Assembly (NCBI GenBank): GCA_951406725.2
Contig: OX597817.1
Span: 81,902,001 to 81,966,000, forward strand
Direction: 5' to 3'
Source: Octopus vulgaris
Taxonomy: Eukaryota
Length of the DNA: 64,000 nt
The notes beneath the pieces were generated by a model that saw nothing but the letters and a program-made list of their open reading frames with translations, searched no databases and was not told the origin of the DNA. Of the stretch, positions 13,266 to 27,661 are shown piece after piece. Position numbers and translations under genes: made by a program. How positions within the stretch are numbered: position 1 is the stretch's first letter; the number at the start of each line of letters is the position of its first letter.

Positions 13266-15229
13266 CTTCAAAATTTCCCCTGTGATTTCAAACTTCCTGA
13301 AGCACAATATGTCGTTGTGGAATACGAATCTCCAATTATACCACTCTAATGGAGTACTTGCCTCAGAAAATATAAACATCAACTGTGGAATTTTTCAAGG
13401 TGACTCACTTTCACCTTTAATATTCTGCATAGCCCTAATACCCCTTGCAAGTGAATTAAACAGAACAGGGTATGGTTATAAAATTGCCAATAAAAAATAA
13501 GCCATCTATTTTATATGGATGACTTAAAACTTTATGGTAAAGACAATAATGAACTTGAAGGCCTATTGCGCACTGTGAAAGCATTCAGCGATGACATCGG
13601 GATGGAGTTTGGACTTGAGAAGTGTGCCAAGGCCACTTTCCAGAAAGGGAAAGTGAAGACCACAAATTCAGTCGTGTTAGATGTTGACACAGTCATAAGA
13701 GAGCTTGAGCAAGAACAAACATACAAATATTTAGGGATAAATGAAGGCTCTGGTATTCAGCATGCAAGCATGAAAGAGAAGATCAGGAAAGAATGTTATA
13801 GGAGAGTTCGTGCAGTCCTGAAATCTGAACTAAATGCACGTAACAAGGTGTTAGCTATAAATTCCTTAGCAGTTCCAGTTGTTACTTATAGCTACAATGT
13901 GTTGAACTGGAATATGAGTGAAGTAAAAAATATAGATAGGAAAATACGCAAGCTGCTGAGTTGTAATAGGATGCACCACCCAAAGGCAGACGTAGATCGC
14001 CTTTACCTTCCCAGAGCCCAAGGAGGTCGAGGCCTGATCCAATTTGAACTAGCTTACAAAACAACCACAATTGGACTGGCCAAATATCTCGAAATATCGA
14101 ATGACTGGATGCTAAAGCTCGTGGAAAATCACGAGAGACGAAAGAAGCTTCATTCTATCATGAAGGAAAGCAAAAAATTTGCTATTGATCTCGTGCAGGA
14201 TACCCAAACAGAACAACCCGAGGGAAGTACGGCAATTATTGTTGCAAAGAAGGTGAAAATAATGGCAACGAAAAAAGCGCACGAGCAATTGGCTGATAGG
14301 TGGGAGGAGAAACCTCTGCACGGCAAATATGTGACCCGCAGCAAACAAGCTGATGTTGACCAGAAGCAAACCCATCAGTGGCTACGGAGCTCAGGGCTAA
14401 AAGCAGAGAGCGAAGGTTTCATCCTGGCTGCTCAAGATCAAAGCCTATTAACCCGGAACTACCAAGCCAATGTGATGAAAAATGGAGCAGACCCAAAATG
14501 CCGATTCTGCAACGACATGATTGAAACAGTGGACCACCTAATCTCTGGATGTAAAGTCTTAGCTCCAGTGGAGTATAAATTAAGACATGACAGAGTTGGC
14601 CAATATCTACACTGGCTAATAAGTCGGCATTACAATATCAAAACTGCCGACAAGTGGTATAATCACCACCCTGAGGCTGTAACTGAAGGAGAAAATGTAA
14701 CCATTCTGTGGGACTTTCCAATACATACAGACCGAACCATCAAGGCCAATAAACCAGATATTTTTGTGAAAGACCAAAACAATAAAGTTTGCTTATTGAT
14801 CGACATGAGCATCCCCTGTGATCATAATATCTCAGCGAAAGAGTTTGACAAGCTCAGAAAATATAAAGACCTATTTATTGAAATTGAGAAAATGTGGCAT
14901 CTCAAGGCGGTTACAATACCAGTGATCGTAGGAGCACTAGGAATGATCAAGAAGGGAACCGAAAATTATATGAGAATGATCCCTGGCTTACCATCCCTGC
15001 AAGAAGTGCAAAAGATTGTCTTAACTGGTACATCACACGTATTGAGAAGAGCATTGTCGATGTGAGAACAGTTGCTGCTCATGTATTTTAATTTAACTTT
15101 AAAAAAAATGAACGAACTATTGAGTTTGGTTTAATGGCCTACCAATGTATACTATGAGTTTCTTTGCCCTAGGAGTCGGGAAGACACTCGGCAAGAAATG
15201 GAAGCAAATTTGAAAGAAGAAAAAAAAAG
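13263..15229 (+). mobile_element. 5'-truncated R4/Dong-clade LINE, relatively young
   Basis: GIFQGDSLSP (13282 ORF), one frameshift in an A-run near 13495, then an open 516-aa ORF (13515-15065) beginning at the YMDD motif, with CRFC..ETVDHLISGC, RHD and KPDI..IDMSIP..KYKD. The 3' UTR ends in (AAT)n. Confidence 0.95.
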
Positions 15230-15279
15230 TAATAATAATAATAATAACAATAATGATGATGGTGATGATGATTTCTCTA

Positions 15280-16385
15280 CTTAGATATTGAGTAGCTTTT
15301 ATAGATTAGACAAAATCTAAATTAGTAAATCTAGACCGAAACCTAGGAAATAATTCAATATGAATGAAGGACTTCACCCAAGAGTATGAATCGCAAGACT
15401 ATATTTAGCTAGAAAGCAAGGTGGTAGAGTCTTAAGAGAATGTTTGGAGTTAGGTAGAATGCATATAATCTCCTATATAGGGAACAGTGAGAAAAGTTTT
15501 ATTTAAGAGCTGCTAGATTAACAGTAGGAGATAGGGAAACCAAAAATGAGGTTAAAAACCAGAAAAATTACTTGACTGGCAAGAGAAGGTTTTGCATGGT
15601 AAATTTCCCCAAACAGTGGCATAAGATAGTCATAGTGAGATAGGGTTGTAGTTGCAGAAAGGAAGGCTGAAAAGGGAGATAGAATGTTTGCTAGTAGCAG
15701 CACAAGATCAAGCATTGAGGACTAAGAGGGTAAAAGCCAAGATAGACAAAAATCAGGTAGATTCCCAATGTAGGTTATGTAAATCTAAGAAGGAAAATGT
15801 TACTCACAGTAAGTGAATGCAGTATGCTGGCAAGGAAAGAATACAAAAGAAAACATGATAACATAGAGAGAATAATCCACAGGGAGTTATGGAAAAAGCT
15901 AGAATTTGACATACTGATAAATGATATGAGCATGAATCTAGTAAAGAACTGGAAAATAAGAAATATAAAATGCAGTGAGATTTTGACATTCAAACTGACA
16001 GAGTAATAGATGCTAGAAGGCTCGATTTAGTAGTAGTAGACAAAGTGAATAGAAAGTACCAGATAATTGACTTTGCATTCCCAAATGATGAAAAATATAA
16101 AAATGAGAGATATAGAGTAATTATCAAAGTACCAGGACCTAGCCATTGAGTTACAAAGGTTAAGGAAAGTACCGGTAAAATGCATCCTAGTAGTTATAGG
16201 TGCGTTAGGAACTAGCGCTAAATATTTGAATAGATAGATAGAGGAAAACCTGACTCCAGAAAACAATATTATTAGGAGCAGTATGGGTACTTAGGAAGAT
16301 TTTTGACATCTAAAGTTGCTTGTAGCCCGAGGAAGGAATGTTTCTTTTTCAACAGTCTAATCTGTTGTACGTATATGAAATAATA
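15280..16385 (+). mobile_element. Decayed R4/Dong LINE 3' portion
   Basis: Remnants AAQDQAL, CRLCKSK, RKHDN, KYQDLAIEL and VVIGALG with many stops. Ends in AAT. Confidence 0.85.
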
Positions 16386-16544
16386 ACAATAATGTTTTGA
16401 AATTTTTGGCACAAGGCCAGCAATTTCGGGAGTGCAGGTAAGTGGAATAAATCAACCTTAATTCTCAGTTGGTACATTTTTTATTGAAATGATGAAAGAC
16501 AAAGTCAACCCCAGCGGAATTTGAACTCAGCATGTAAAGACAGG

Positions 16545-16850
16545 TGGAGGCACATGGCCTAGTGGATAGAGCAGCGGACTCGCGGTCGAGGGATCGCGGG
16601 TTCGAATCTCAGACCGGGCGAGGTGTGTGTTTATGAGCGGAACACCTGAGCTTCACGCAGCTCCGGCAGAAGGTAGAGGCGAATTTCTACTGACTCTTTC
16701 ACCACAACTTTCTCTCACTCTTTCCTCCTGCATCTAGCAGCTCACTTCCGACGGCGTCTTGTCCAGGTGGGTAACCTATACGCCAATGAAACCGGCCCTT
16801 ATGAGCCAGGCATGGCTCGAGAAGGAATAAACAACAACAGCAACAACAAC
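16545..16850 (+). mobile_element. tRNA-derived SINE (GGAGGCGCAATGGCC family) inserted in another SINE
   Basis: A/B boxes TGGCCTAGTGG and GTTCGAATC, (AAC)n tail. The host SINE resumes with GTAAAGACAG, which is duplicated at about 16534 and 16851. Related heads at 42022 and 45123. Confidence 0.8.
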
Positions 16851-17019
16851 GTAAAGACAGACGAAATGCAGGCAATAATAATTATAAATACGAAAGTAAC
16901 ATTAACACATGCCCATTGGTGGTGTTCTGTCAAAAAGTAAACACTGTTAAGAAGGACCCATAAGAAAAACCAAAAGAAAAAAGAACGATGGGCAAATAAC
17001 CATGAATACAATGAAATGG

Positions 17020-19920
17020 TTTATTTATGATTACACACACTACTATGCAAGACTCCTCAAAAACACAGAGATAAACTCATACAGTAAATACTCAATAAAA
17101 TAAACAAATGTTTCAAAGAACTTCGATACCCAACAGAAGAACACAACCTCCACTGTACAAACAAAACACAATACAAAAACTAATACAACAGACGACTCAA
17201 ACCAAACACCATAACAAAGTATACTGATGCAATACAATATTTCCTAACGGAAAAGTGAAAAAAATAAAGCACACCCGACACCAGCACCAAAGTGCAGCAA
17301 GGGATGCAATAGAAAGCTACTTAAAACTTAGATATCGAAAAATAATAGTGGTGATGACGATGGTGACGAACATTATCATACCTCACTTTATGAGACAAGA
17401 ATTTGCGTAGAAACTTTGGTTGTAACAGCGAAATCGAGGCTGGACCTTTAAGGGAAGGCCTCTCGCTCGGCAGTGGTTCAGTAAAAATCCAGCCTGATCA
17501 CAGCTGTTATCCCAAGACAGCATCAGCAGATGATAGAGTGAGGAGAAGGAAGTGGATCAGCGAAGAAAACAGGATAGTGATGCAGTGTTACTTAGAAAGT
17601 GAAACTAAAAGAAGGGGCTATAGAAAACGGATGTTTAAACTTTGGGTAGAAAAGGGTATGTTTAAAGTGACTGAGAGGAAATTAGTAGATCAAGCTAATA
17701 CTATTTGGAGAAGAAAGTGGATGACAGAATTGGAGGTGGAAGAGATCACAAAAGAACTGGAAAAAAAGACAAGGCAGTAGGAAAGACAACAACAGCATAA
17801 GAGATACCGTTCAGACCGAAGCAAAAAATAATAATAGCACTATAAATAAGGAAAGGACAACTGGTCCCAGCGATTTATGTGATTTAAATGAGGAAGATCA
17901 GAAGATTTTAGATGAGTTGCAGGAAGTAATAAGTAAAGAAGTAAGAACAAGATTGCCAGCATTAAAACGTAGCAGCAGAAGGTAGCTGCTAGATATGACT
18001 AGGAAAGTAGATTCTGTTATCAGTAGGATAGATACTAAAAATATTGGTGGCACTAACTTATTGATCTATGCAGGGGGGATAGTAGTCATTAGAAGTTTAG
18101 ATATTCCACAAGGAGAGATTAGAAAAAAGCAAATGTTGAAAAGGAGACTACAAAAGGAAGTGAAAACTTTAAGGCAAGATCTGAGTAAAATAGAAGCCTG
18201 GAAACTGAACAAGTTAGGGTACAGAAGATTTAAATCTTCTCTTGAGAAAAGATACTTAGCCAAAGAGAAAGGATTCGGGACAATAATAGAAGAGTTGAAA
18301 GAGCGTATCATAGCAGTAGCAGGTAAGCTTTCCAGATAAGAGAAAAGAATAGATCAGTATCAATAGAATAGATTATTTGAGACAGAGCAGAGCAGATTTT
18401 ATAACCAAATAAATAGTGGAGAAGAACGATGGGAAGATGAGATGAGAAACCTAATGCAAAAGAAGCTAGAAAGTTCTGGAGTAATGGGACAAGCCAGTCA
18501 ATCGTAGTGAAGATGCAGTATGGTTAAGAAAAATGAGGGAAGTAGTGAGTAAAAAGGAAGCAGATCTAAGACTAACTAGGGCATTAATGAATAAAGTGTT
18601 AGGAAAAATGTGGTATTGGAAGGGCTCAGGACCAGATTTAGTTCAAGGATACTAGCCAAAAAAGTTAGTAGTCTACATGGCAGACAGAGGGAACAACTTC
18701 AGGATTGCATTAATGAAGGAATAATACCATATTTGATGACTAGAAGGAAAATAATACTCCTTATGAAAAACAAAAGCAAATGAAATACAGCTAGCAATTA
18801 TAGATCAATCACTTGCTTACCATTAGTGTGGAAGCTGTTAACAGGAATGCTCCGAGAAAGCATTTACGAGCTCCTTGACAATCAGAATTTACTGCCTGAA
18901 CAGGAACGTAGCAGGAAGAAAGTTAGAGGAAAGTATGATCTATTATATATTCATAGACAAAGCAATTCTAAAAGAAGTAAAATCTAGAATGAAAAATCTA
19001 ACAATAGCATGGAGAGATTATAAGAAAGCCTATAACATGATCCCACACCTATGGATAAGTCTATGTTTGAGTATATTTAGTATTGCAGACAACATAAGAG
19101 AATTAATTAGCTTTAGCATGAAGAAATGGAAAGCAGATCTCTACTCAGGTGATACAGCATTGGGTTAAGATAATATCAAGAGAGGAATTTTCCAAGGAAA
19201 CTCATTATCCCCTTTCATATTTGTCCTATGTTTGATCCCCTTCAGTTTAGTATTAACGAAGGTAAAGACAGGGTACCAGTTCAGAAATAGTCAGGGGAAG
19301 ATTAACCATTTGTTCTACATGAATGATCAGAAGCTTTTTAGCAAGAATGAAAAAGAGATAGATTCCTTAATACAGACTGTAAGTCTCTTCAGGAAAGATA
19401 TAGACATGGAATTTGGCATAGGTAAGTGTGCAATATTAGTCATGAAAAGGGACAGGTAGTCAACAATGAAGGCATTACACGATGGCCACACACTAAAATC
19501 ATTGAAAGAAGGAGGGTTATAATATCTAGGAGTACTAACAATACAAATGAAAACGAAAATTGAGAAGGAGTACATCAGAAGGATGAGGAAGCTAATGAAG
19601 TCAAAGCTAAATGGTCCGAATCTAGTGAAGGCTATAAATACTTTGGAAATAGTATTACTTTGATATTCAACAGATTTTGTAGATTGAACAAAAACTGAAT
19701 TAGCAAAGCTAGCCAGAACTAGGAAGGAATTTAATATGAATGGAGGACTCCATCCAAGAACTGGGGTAGCAAGATTATACTTTTACCTAGAAAGGAAGGT
19801 GGAAGGTAGAATGCCGCGAGGAGTTTGCTAGACTGTATATAGATTCCTATGTAGGTATTAGTGAAGAAAGTTTATTAAGAGCTGCTAGAGTCACAGCAAG
19901 ACACAGGGAAATCAAAAAGC
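17020..19920 (+). mobile_element. Long decayed R4/Dong LINE including 5' region and RT
   Basis: N-terminal RRKW..EEN..VMQCY..RGYRKRM, then NYRSITCL, DYKKAY, RGIFQGNSLSP and FYMND, with many stops and frameshifts. The 5' region 17020-17470 is homologous to 36075-36537. Confidence 0.88.
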
Positions 19921-20447
19921 TTTGAGTAAGTAGTTAGTGGATATAACTTGTACAATATGCCAACACTACCACATAAAAACTGACAAGAAATGGTGTAAGC
20001 ATGTGTCAAACAAAGTACATGACAACATGACATAGTTGCCTGTGTCAACTATTAAAGAAATAAAAGATAATCGCCAAGACATAATTATCAAGAATTGGAA
20101 AAACACCTGTTTACTGATAGATATTGCATTACAGATACAAACCGTCAATGGAAGTGTCAAGATCTATAAAACTTTCCCAAAGTTTAGTATTTTGGTACAT
20201 ATGCACACATCTAGACATACAGTTATATGCTTGAGAATACATAAAACAAAATAGAAAAATTTGCACATGCTCTGACTCCAATTATTACAAACATTTATAC
20301 AATCATGCACAACTACCGTATTGATGTCGTTTAAAATTCCAATCAAGGAGACTTGGAACTAGGTTTGAAACCGACTCTTTTTCCATTGAGAAGAAACCCA
20401 GAAATAAAACATACACATATATCTTGTTTCAGTTGTATAGACCTTCA

Positions 20448-20552
<105 letters not shown>

Positions 20553-20754
20553 GTGTTTGTGTGTTAGCTTTCCAAAGGTGTCTATTACTAAGGATTAATC
20601 AGAAAGCCCAACAAAATTTTCACCCAACTGAAACTTAAATGAATTTCACTCTACTACAAACACTATATGTTGAAGGTCATACCATCAATGTTTTTCCTAT
20701 AAATGAACATCAAAAATATATATGAATACATTTAGCCATCCATCCATCCATCCC

Positions 20755-20843
<89 letters not shown>

Positions 20844-21129
20844 ATGTATATATGGATGTATGTATGCATCTATGTATGATTGTATAAATGTGTGTATGTG
20901 TGTGTGTGTATTTGCGGATGTAAACGTGTGAGATAAGTGACGAGTAGAAATTATGACATTACGTTTATTATATGGTTTACAATTGTTCCAACAACTTGCA
21001 GTTGATCAATGAAACGTCATGTCTTTAGATATGGTTGATAACGATGATCTAATCGTGCGTATTGTGTAATGGATATAGCGTAACAACACCAGAAAATCAT
21101 TTGATCTTAACCAATCCTTGAAAAATCAT

Positions 21130-21350
21130 ATACTCTTTACTCTTTTACTTGTTTCAGTCATTTGACTGTGGCCATGCTGGAGCACCCAAAGCCTTTTAGT
21201 CGAATAAATCGACACCAGGACTTATTCTTTGTAAGCCTAGTACTTACTCTATCGTTCCCTTTTTTCTGAAGCGCTAAGTTACGGGGACATAAACATACCA
21301 CCATCGGTTGTCAAGCAATGGTAGGGGTCAAACACAGAGATAAAGACACA
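21130..21350 (-). mobile_element. Octopus-type SINE, 3' half
   Basis: Reverse complement of the ...CAGTCAAATGACTGAAACAAGTAAAAGAG tail family (full copy 42399-42797). Confidence 0.8.
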
Positions 21351-21454
21351 CACACAAGCATATATATATGTGTGTGTGTGTTCGTCTGTGTGTATACATA
21401 TATATGTATATACACACGTATATATATATACACATATGTATGTATGCGTGTGTG

Positions 21455-21495
<41 letters not shown>

Positions 21496-21964
21496 CAAAA
21501 CTGAGCTAAGGATAACATCATTGGGTAGTCAGTGGTTTGTATATGAACAAAACCGACAACTGCAGTTATATCAAATAATATAGCACAAATTCTTAGTCTA
21601 TTAAAGTTATCACCGCTTCTTGATGATGTATGACAATTACCAAAGGAAGACCAGCTCCATATGAGGAGGAGGAATAATCCGAAGAAACAAAATTTCTCCG
21701 AAGTTGATATAAAGGAAACGGACAGATTTATTGTCTGGAGAGAAGTGGACAGTTGTGGACACTGTTTTATGGTACAATAGACATCATCAGTGGGACGATT
21801 ATCCTAATGTATCTCTAAGGGAAATAGACGCATAGAAAATGAGTAGAACCCAGACTGATATAAATGTGTTTATAAACACAAACACGCATACACACACACA
21901 CACATACACGCACACATGCATGCAGAATGCATATTTATGTTTGTGCATATTCTTTTATTGATTA

Positions 21965-22393
21965 CTAGCAGCATAACCCGGCGTTGCCCGGGTATGTAAG
22001 AGCCCCTAGTAGGCAACGACTAATCCCAATCTAGTCCTTTCCCTCGAGAGAACGAAGGCGCATGTGTAGGTTGCAATGTCTTCTCTTCACTCGAAGACTT
22101 CTGTGTATACGATGTTCCTAGCTGTCCCTTTGGGAGATAAAAAGGTCGAGTTGTGTTCCCTAGACAGAAAATGTGTTGCATATAAAAAGCTTAGATTCTC
22201 GACCCCATGTCGAATTTATCGATTTTTTCAGAACTGGGGGAACTTTTCAAAATTTTCACTGCGTTAGTTTTGAATTATGACATTGGGCTATGTGTGTGTC
22301 AAGTTTCATCAGAATCGGTTGAAAGCCGTGGTCAGGGTGAGGGTACAACCTGACAGACACACAGACAGACAAACTGCCGTTTATATAAAGAGA
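21965..22393 (-). mobile_element. Non-autonomous Helitron
   Basis: The minus strand starts TCTCTTTATATAAA and ends with hairpin CCCGG-GCAACG-CCGGG followed by CTAG|T. Short (GACA)n subterminal repeat. Confidence 0.8.
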
Positions 22394-22809
22394 GGTTGAC
22401 TTACTTCCGCCACTGAACAGCGACGGTGCTGAAGCATCGTCTTGAAAGATTTAGACGGAGAAAGCGACTCCTGCGTTTAATTTTTTTAAAAGCCTGTTAC
22501 TTACTCTTTCGGTTACCTGTTGCTGAACTGCTATATCATAGTGACGAAAACGGTTGTGAAGCGGTACCAACTCAAAACTGCACAAGCACACACATATATG
22601 TAAATATACACAACCACACAGACTGACATTCTAACCTTCTGTGTGTGAGCGTGTGTGTATGTGTGTGTGTGTGTGTTTGTTTGCGTGTGTACGCTCATGT
22701 GTATTTACACACGCACGCATACACACAGATACACACATAATTCCCCAGGTTGTTATCCAGATTTCGCCAATCAAAATCATTCATAATGCATGGGTTGGCC
22801 AGGGGCTGT

Positions 22810-23800
22810 AGTAGAAGGCACTCGAACTTTAGACAAACATCATCGGCTTTAAACAGGAAAAGTACTGGCTCTCCTAGGACCGTTAAAGGGCCAGAAAATG
22901 TCGTAGCTGTGGCAACTTCAATACAGCAGTCTCCCAGACGTTCCGCTGGAAAACACGCATCTGCGCCTTACACATAGTCGATCAAAGTGTTCGCAGAATC
23001 TTACTTAGTCTCTCCATATGCAGCCCTACAAGATAATGATTGTACAGGATTTAAGCGAGAAGAATTAAGAAACTCGCACAATTTTGTGTCGAAACATTCT
23101 CCAGACCATCTTCCCAACAGCTGTTCTGATCTGCAGCGATGAAGCGCACATCCATTTATCACAGATGGTTAATAAACAAAACTTTCGATACTGGTCACAC
23201 AACAACCCCCAGTTGCCGTCTAGAGTGCCATGGCTGATTTCAGCATCAGGGGTTCTTATTTTTTCGAAGAGGAAGGTGTTACAGTATCTGCTACATCCGG
23301 CCGTTATTGTGAACTGCTCGAAAGGTTTCTTCGTCCAAATGTCGTCCAGTTACTCGCCGATCATGATTCTGATGATCTATGGTTCCAACAAGATGGTACC
23401 ACATGGCATACCTCTCTACGTTCGCTCAGAGTTCACCATGATATGTTTCCGGGTCATCTTGTTTCTCTGTGAGGTGATCTTGAATGTCCCCACGTTTCCC
23501 GGGTTTAACCACGTGTGAATTTTTTCTATGGGGAAACCTCAAATCACAAGTGTATCAACACCGGCCAGCAACTGTAGGAGATTTAAAGGCAGCAATAACT
23601 CAGGAAATCAATGCGATTCCACGGGACATGGTCCAAAGGACTACGGTGAACTTCCGGGAGAGACTTCAAAATTGCATCGACAATGGCAGTTGCCACTTAA
23701 GTGATACAATTTTCAAAAACCACTTGAATCACAAAGGCTTTTAATATACTTCATAGAAATACAAATTTTTTTTCATGTATCTTCATGTGTTTGTTTTTTA
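22810..23800 (+). mobile_element. Decayed DD41D (rosa/Visitor-like) Tc1/mariner transposase
   Basis: SDEAH..VNKQNFRYW, WFQQDG and (W)PPR.P.LT.CEFFLWG. There are 41 residues between the second D and the third acidic residue after correcting one stop and one frameshift. Confidence 0.8.
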
Positions 23801-23818
23801 TAAACCTTTGAAATCGAG

Positions 23819-23956
<138 letters not shown>

Positions 23957-23988
23957 GTGTCTGTCTGTCTGTCTGTCTGCCTGCCTGC

Positions 23989-24020
<32 letters not shown>

Positions 24021-24021
24021 G

Positions 24022-24921
24022 CACGTTGTCTGATCAATAAGTACCCTAACTGTTGTCATAGTAACGAAGCTAAAGCACATAGAATGAAGCCGCTTGGCAC
24101 AGACTAACCTTAAAGTCTGTTGCTGTGCACGCGCACTAAGTTTTAACGTTTTAACTCACTTCCGCTGGTTACAAGAGTGTTTGGAAGGAAGGCGTGTAGC
24201 ATGTGATCGTCGCATTGACCATGACAGAGAAAACTGAGCAGAGAATCTAGATCAAATTTTGCCAAAAGCTTGGTGATACCTACTTAGAGGCCAATGCAAA
24301 GTTTTCAAAAAGTTTTCATCGTTCTCAACACAATTAAGAAGATCTTGTGTAACCGAAACCCGAATGTCTTTTTGATTAGCTGGAAGCAGTTTTGGAACAA
24401 ACTTGGCAGACACGCGTCGCATACCCAAATCTTCATTGATAATAGGCTGAACTGAACCGTAACTAATCTGCATATCTTCTGATAACATATGGATGGTAAT
24501 TCGACGATTTCCCCTCACAGCTGCACACACATCTGCAATGTTTTTCTCAGCTCTGCTGGTTGCGGGTCTCCCAGAACGTTCGTCAATATCGACATTTTTT
24601 CGGCCATCTTGGAAACTTCTGAACCACTAGTACACTTGTATACGGCTCATACACTCCCCTTCATACACTTTTTGCAACTTTGCATAGGCCTCTGAGCAGG
24701 TATCACCATGACAACTTTCTCTGTCATGGTCAATGCAACGATCACATGCTACACACGTTCCTTCCAAGCATTACTGTAAACAGCGGAACTGAGCTAGAAT
24801 GTTAAAACTTAGTGAGCATGCACAGTAGAGTTGAAGGTCAATCTGTGTCAAACAGCTTCACTTTGAGTGCTTTAGCTTTGTTACTATGGCGACAAACCGG
24901 ATACTTATTGAACAGACATCG
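24022..24921 (-). mobile_element. Fold-back mariner derivative with two inverted 5' ends
   Basis: Termini CACGTTGTCTGATCAATAAGTACC and GGATACTTATTGAACAGACATCG. Arms of about 250-280 bp. The minus strand encodes the transposase N-terminus (LGMRRVSAKFVPKLL). Confidence 0.85.
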
Positions 24922-25039
24922 TACGTACGTACATACATACATACATACATACATACATACATACATACATACATACATACATACCTAGTAGCTGCTTTCT
25001 CGAATACGGACAAAGCCATTGCTAGAAAGAATCATTGAA

Positions 25040-27440
25040 ATGAGTCATTGATGATGCAATGTGAGGTCCTTGTATGACTCTTGAGACCGGCCAATGATCT
25101 GCCCATTGTATTTCCTAATGCACAGCTGTGCTAGCTGGCAGAATGAGCACGTGCTACAGTATTAATTTTTTTGACATGCCTTTTCAATTCTCCGACTGAA
25201 AGACGCACCTTTCCACAGGTTGCACATGTTCTGTTGTGGACAATAGCCAAATCACAATTTACAATGGGCTGGTTCCTGTGAGTTCTCTGATGGTTGATCA
25301 GGCCTATGTGTGTGATCACAGACATAAAAGGCAATGCTCCTTCATTTTCTACGGGTTCATTTTTGCTAAGCTTTCTCTTGATCTTCTCGTACTTCATTTT
25401 TTCTCTTTCAAAGTTCGAATAACCACTGTTATAGAGTTCCGTCTTGTGCCTCCCTCTCCATAGATTTCAGTCTTGTGCCTCCCTCTCCCAACCAACAATT
25501 GAAACGGCTGTCTGTGTAGGAGCAATTCTGAGGCAATGCTTAAACCTCATTTTGGGTTGATGTGCTGGCCTCCTGCCATCTTCCTGCTCACCATACAAAG
25601 TTGCTTAGAACGTCTTTTATCATTCATTCTCACCAGATGTTCACCCCACCTCAAACGAATTTGTAGAATCATCCTACCACCACTTCTCTCAAGTACCTCC
25701 ACATCAGTGATCGCCGTTTTCCAATTTACCCAGGAATTTTCTCAAGACAGTAGTGATGGTATCGTTCCAAATACCTTAAATACCTACGATAAACAGCCCA
25801 CGTCTCACTTCCATATAGCAACGATAGCAGAACACATGTTATAAACCCTAATTTTAATTTGCAAAGATATACTATGGTGTTATCAGAGACACTTGTCAAG
25901 CCTACCAAAGGCACTACATTGGAAGCTTCTTGGATTTCATCGCATCTATCACTCCAACAATTTTCCTGCATCATCCCCAGCTTCTTTTGCATTGTTGTTT
26001 TAACTGCCTTAAAATATATAGCTGCTGTACTGTTCGTTGAAGAGTCACCATTTAACATGTTGAATGCCTTTCGCTTCTCTTCTAAGATAATTTCTTCATC
26101 ATTATCGTCAAATGAATCCTGGTGCTTTCTCACAACAAAACCAAGAATGTTACTACAAACCTCATAGACTCTCTCTTTGAATGAATTCCAACATCCATCG
26201 CAGGACAAATTATTTATCTCACTCACAAAATCACTGTGTACTGACGGTATCTTAAGTTAATTGACTTCGATCCATTTAGGTAGCTTGACACTGTTTGCTC
26301 TAACCTTTGGTTTGACAACAAAATTCACCATAGCACGCAAAAGCCTATGGTCTCTCCAGCACTCTGCGCCACGGATAACTCGTACAATAGCAAAGTCCCT
26401 AATATCACGTTTTCTAGTAAGAATATAATCTATTAGGGACCATTTTATAGATCCAGGATGTATGCATGTCATTTTATACTTACTTTTTAGCTGAAATATT
26501 GTGTTCATGACACACAGAACCATCTCTACACACATTTGTAATAGTAGTAAAGCGTTTCTCAACCCCATGATTTCCTAATACACCCTAAGTCTCCCAATGT
26601 GTACCAAAGCGAGCATTAAAATCATCTAAAATGACAACTGTGTCATCAGGAGGAATACTGCGGATAATCTCTGAAAGTGACAGATAGAAAACAAGTTTAT
26701 CACCTTCGCACGAATTCATAGTTGGAGCATATGCACTTATGAGTGTTGCATGGCGACCCTTTCATAATGGAACTGTTAAAGACATCAAGCCATCAGAATG
26801 GTCATTTGACAGGCTCCTCAAATGTCGAAATGAGAGTGGTTTAAATTGCAAATCCCACTCCCGATTCACTCTTATATGTCTCCTCTCGACCGCTCCAAAA
26901 TAAATGATATCCAGCAGATATCTACAAAATTCCCTTTTCCATGAATTCTTATCTCGGCTAAGGTTACAACATCGATATCATATCGCTGTACCTCTTTGCA
27001 ACAGGATGACGACCGGACTCAGAATGTGGTGCCCTGGGACACCTGCCGTGCCAGACCACAGAACAAAATGTTCCAGGGCCCTTTTTGCCATTTACTTCAG
27101 TATCAATACCGACATTCATTGTTTGATTGTGACTTTTTAGGTTTCAGTCAGCCATGTATATACAATATCTTAATTTCCTTTTCCTTTCAGGCAATACTTG
27201 TACTTGAGTCTATTTAAAGTGAGGAAAAGTTTTGCACAGAACTAATCCCACTCTCTAAACTACAAAACATGATCCAAAAAGACGAGCAAGTCGACATAAT
27301 TAGGTGTGATTGCAGTCGCAGGTTTTATATCAGAATTTCCTTTTCCCAGTCTTTGCTCAATCAAACCACAAGACAGCAGTGAAAGATTTGAACTCAGAGT
27401 TACCTTCTAGATAGATTGCCTTCACCACAAGAAGTCCATC
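25040..27440 (-). mobile_element. Decayed RTE (BovB-like) LINE with large internal deletion
   Basis: APE motifs (ISAYAPT, HPGS..W.LIDYIL, RGAECW.DHRLL), KHQD.FDDND, LLYGSETW and C-terminal C2H2-like remnants. Most of the RT core is missing. Confidence 0.88.
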
Positions 27441-27661
27441 TAAATCTTATATATTTATACAAACACACATACAAATATACAAGATATTTAAAAAAATATA
27501 GATGAAATAACAATGCAAATATATATATAAACAATATTAAGGGGATTTAAAATGACGCATAAATATGTACAAATATAAAATACGTTACATATATGCATGG
27601 ATATAAAATATAGAATACAATACGATGCAATAAAATGTAATAGAATATGAATATATATATA

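Noticed and set aside
13515-15065. 516-aa ORF as a host gene or autonomous element
   Set aside because: It is the C-terminal part of a 5'-truncated, frameshifted R4/Dong LINE.
17400-17520. HDV-like ribozyme at the R4 5' region
   Set aside because: No nested double pseudoknot could be assembled by eye.
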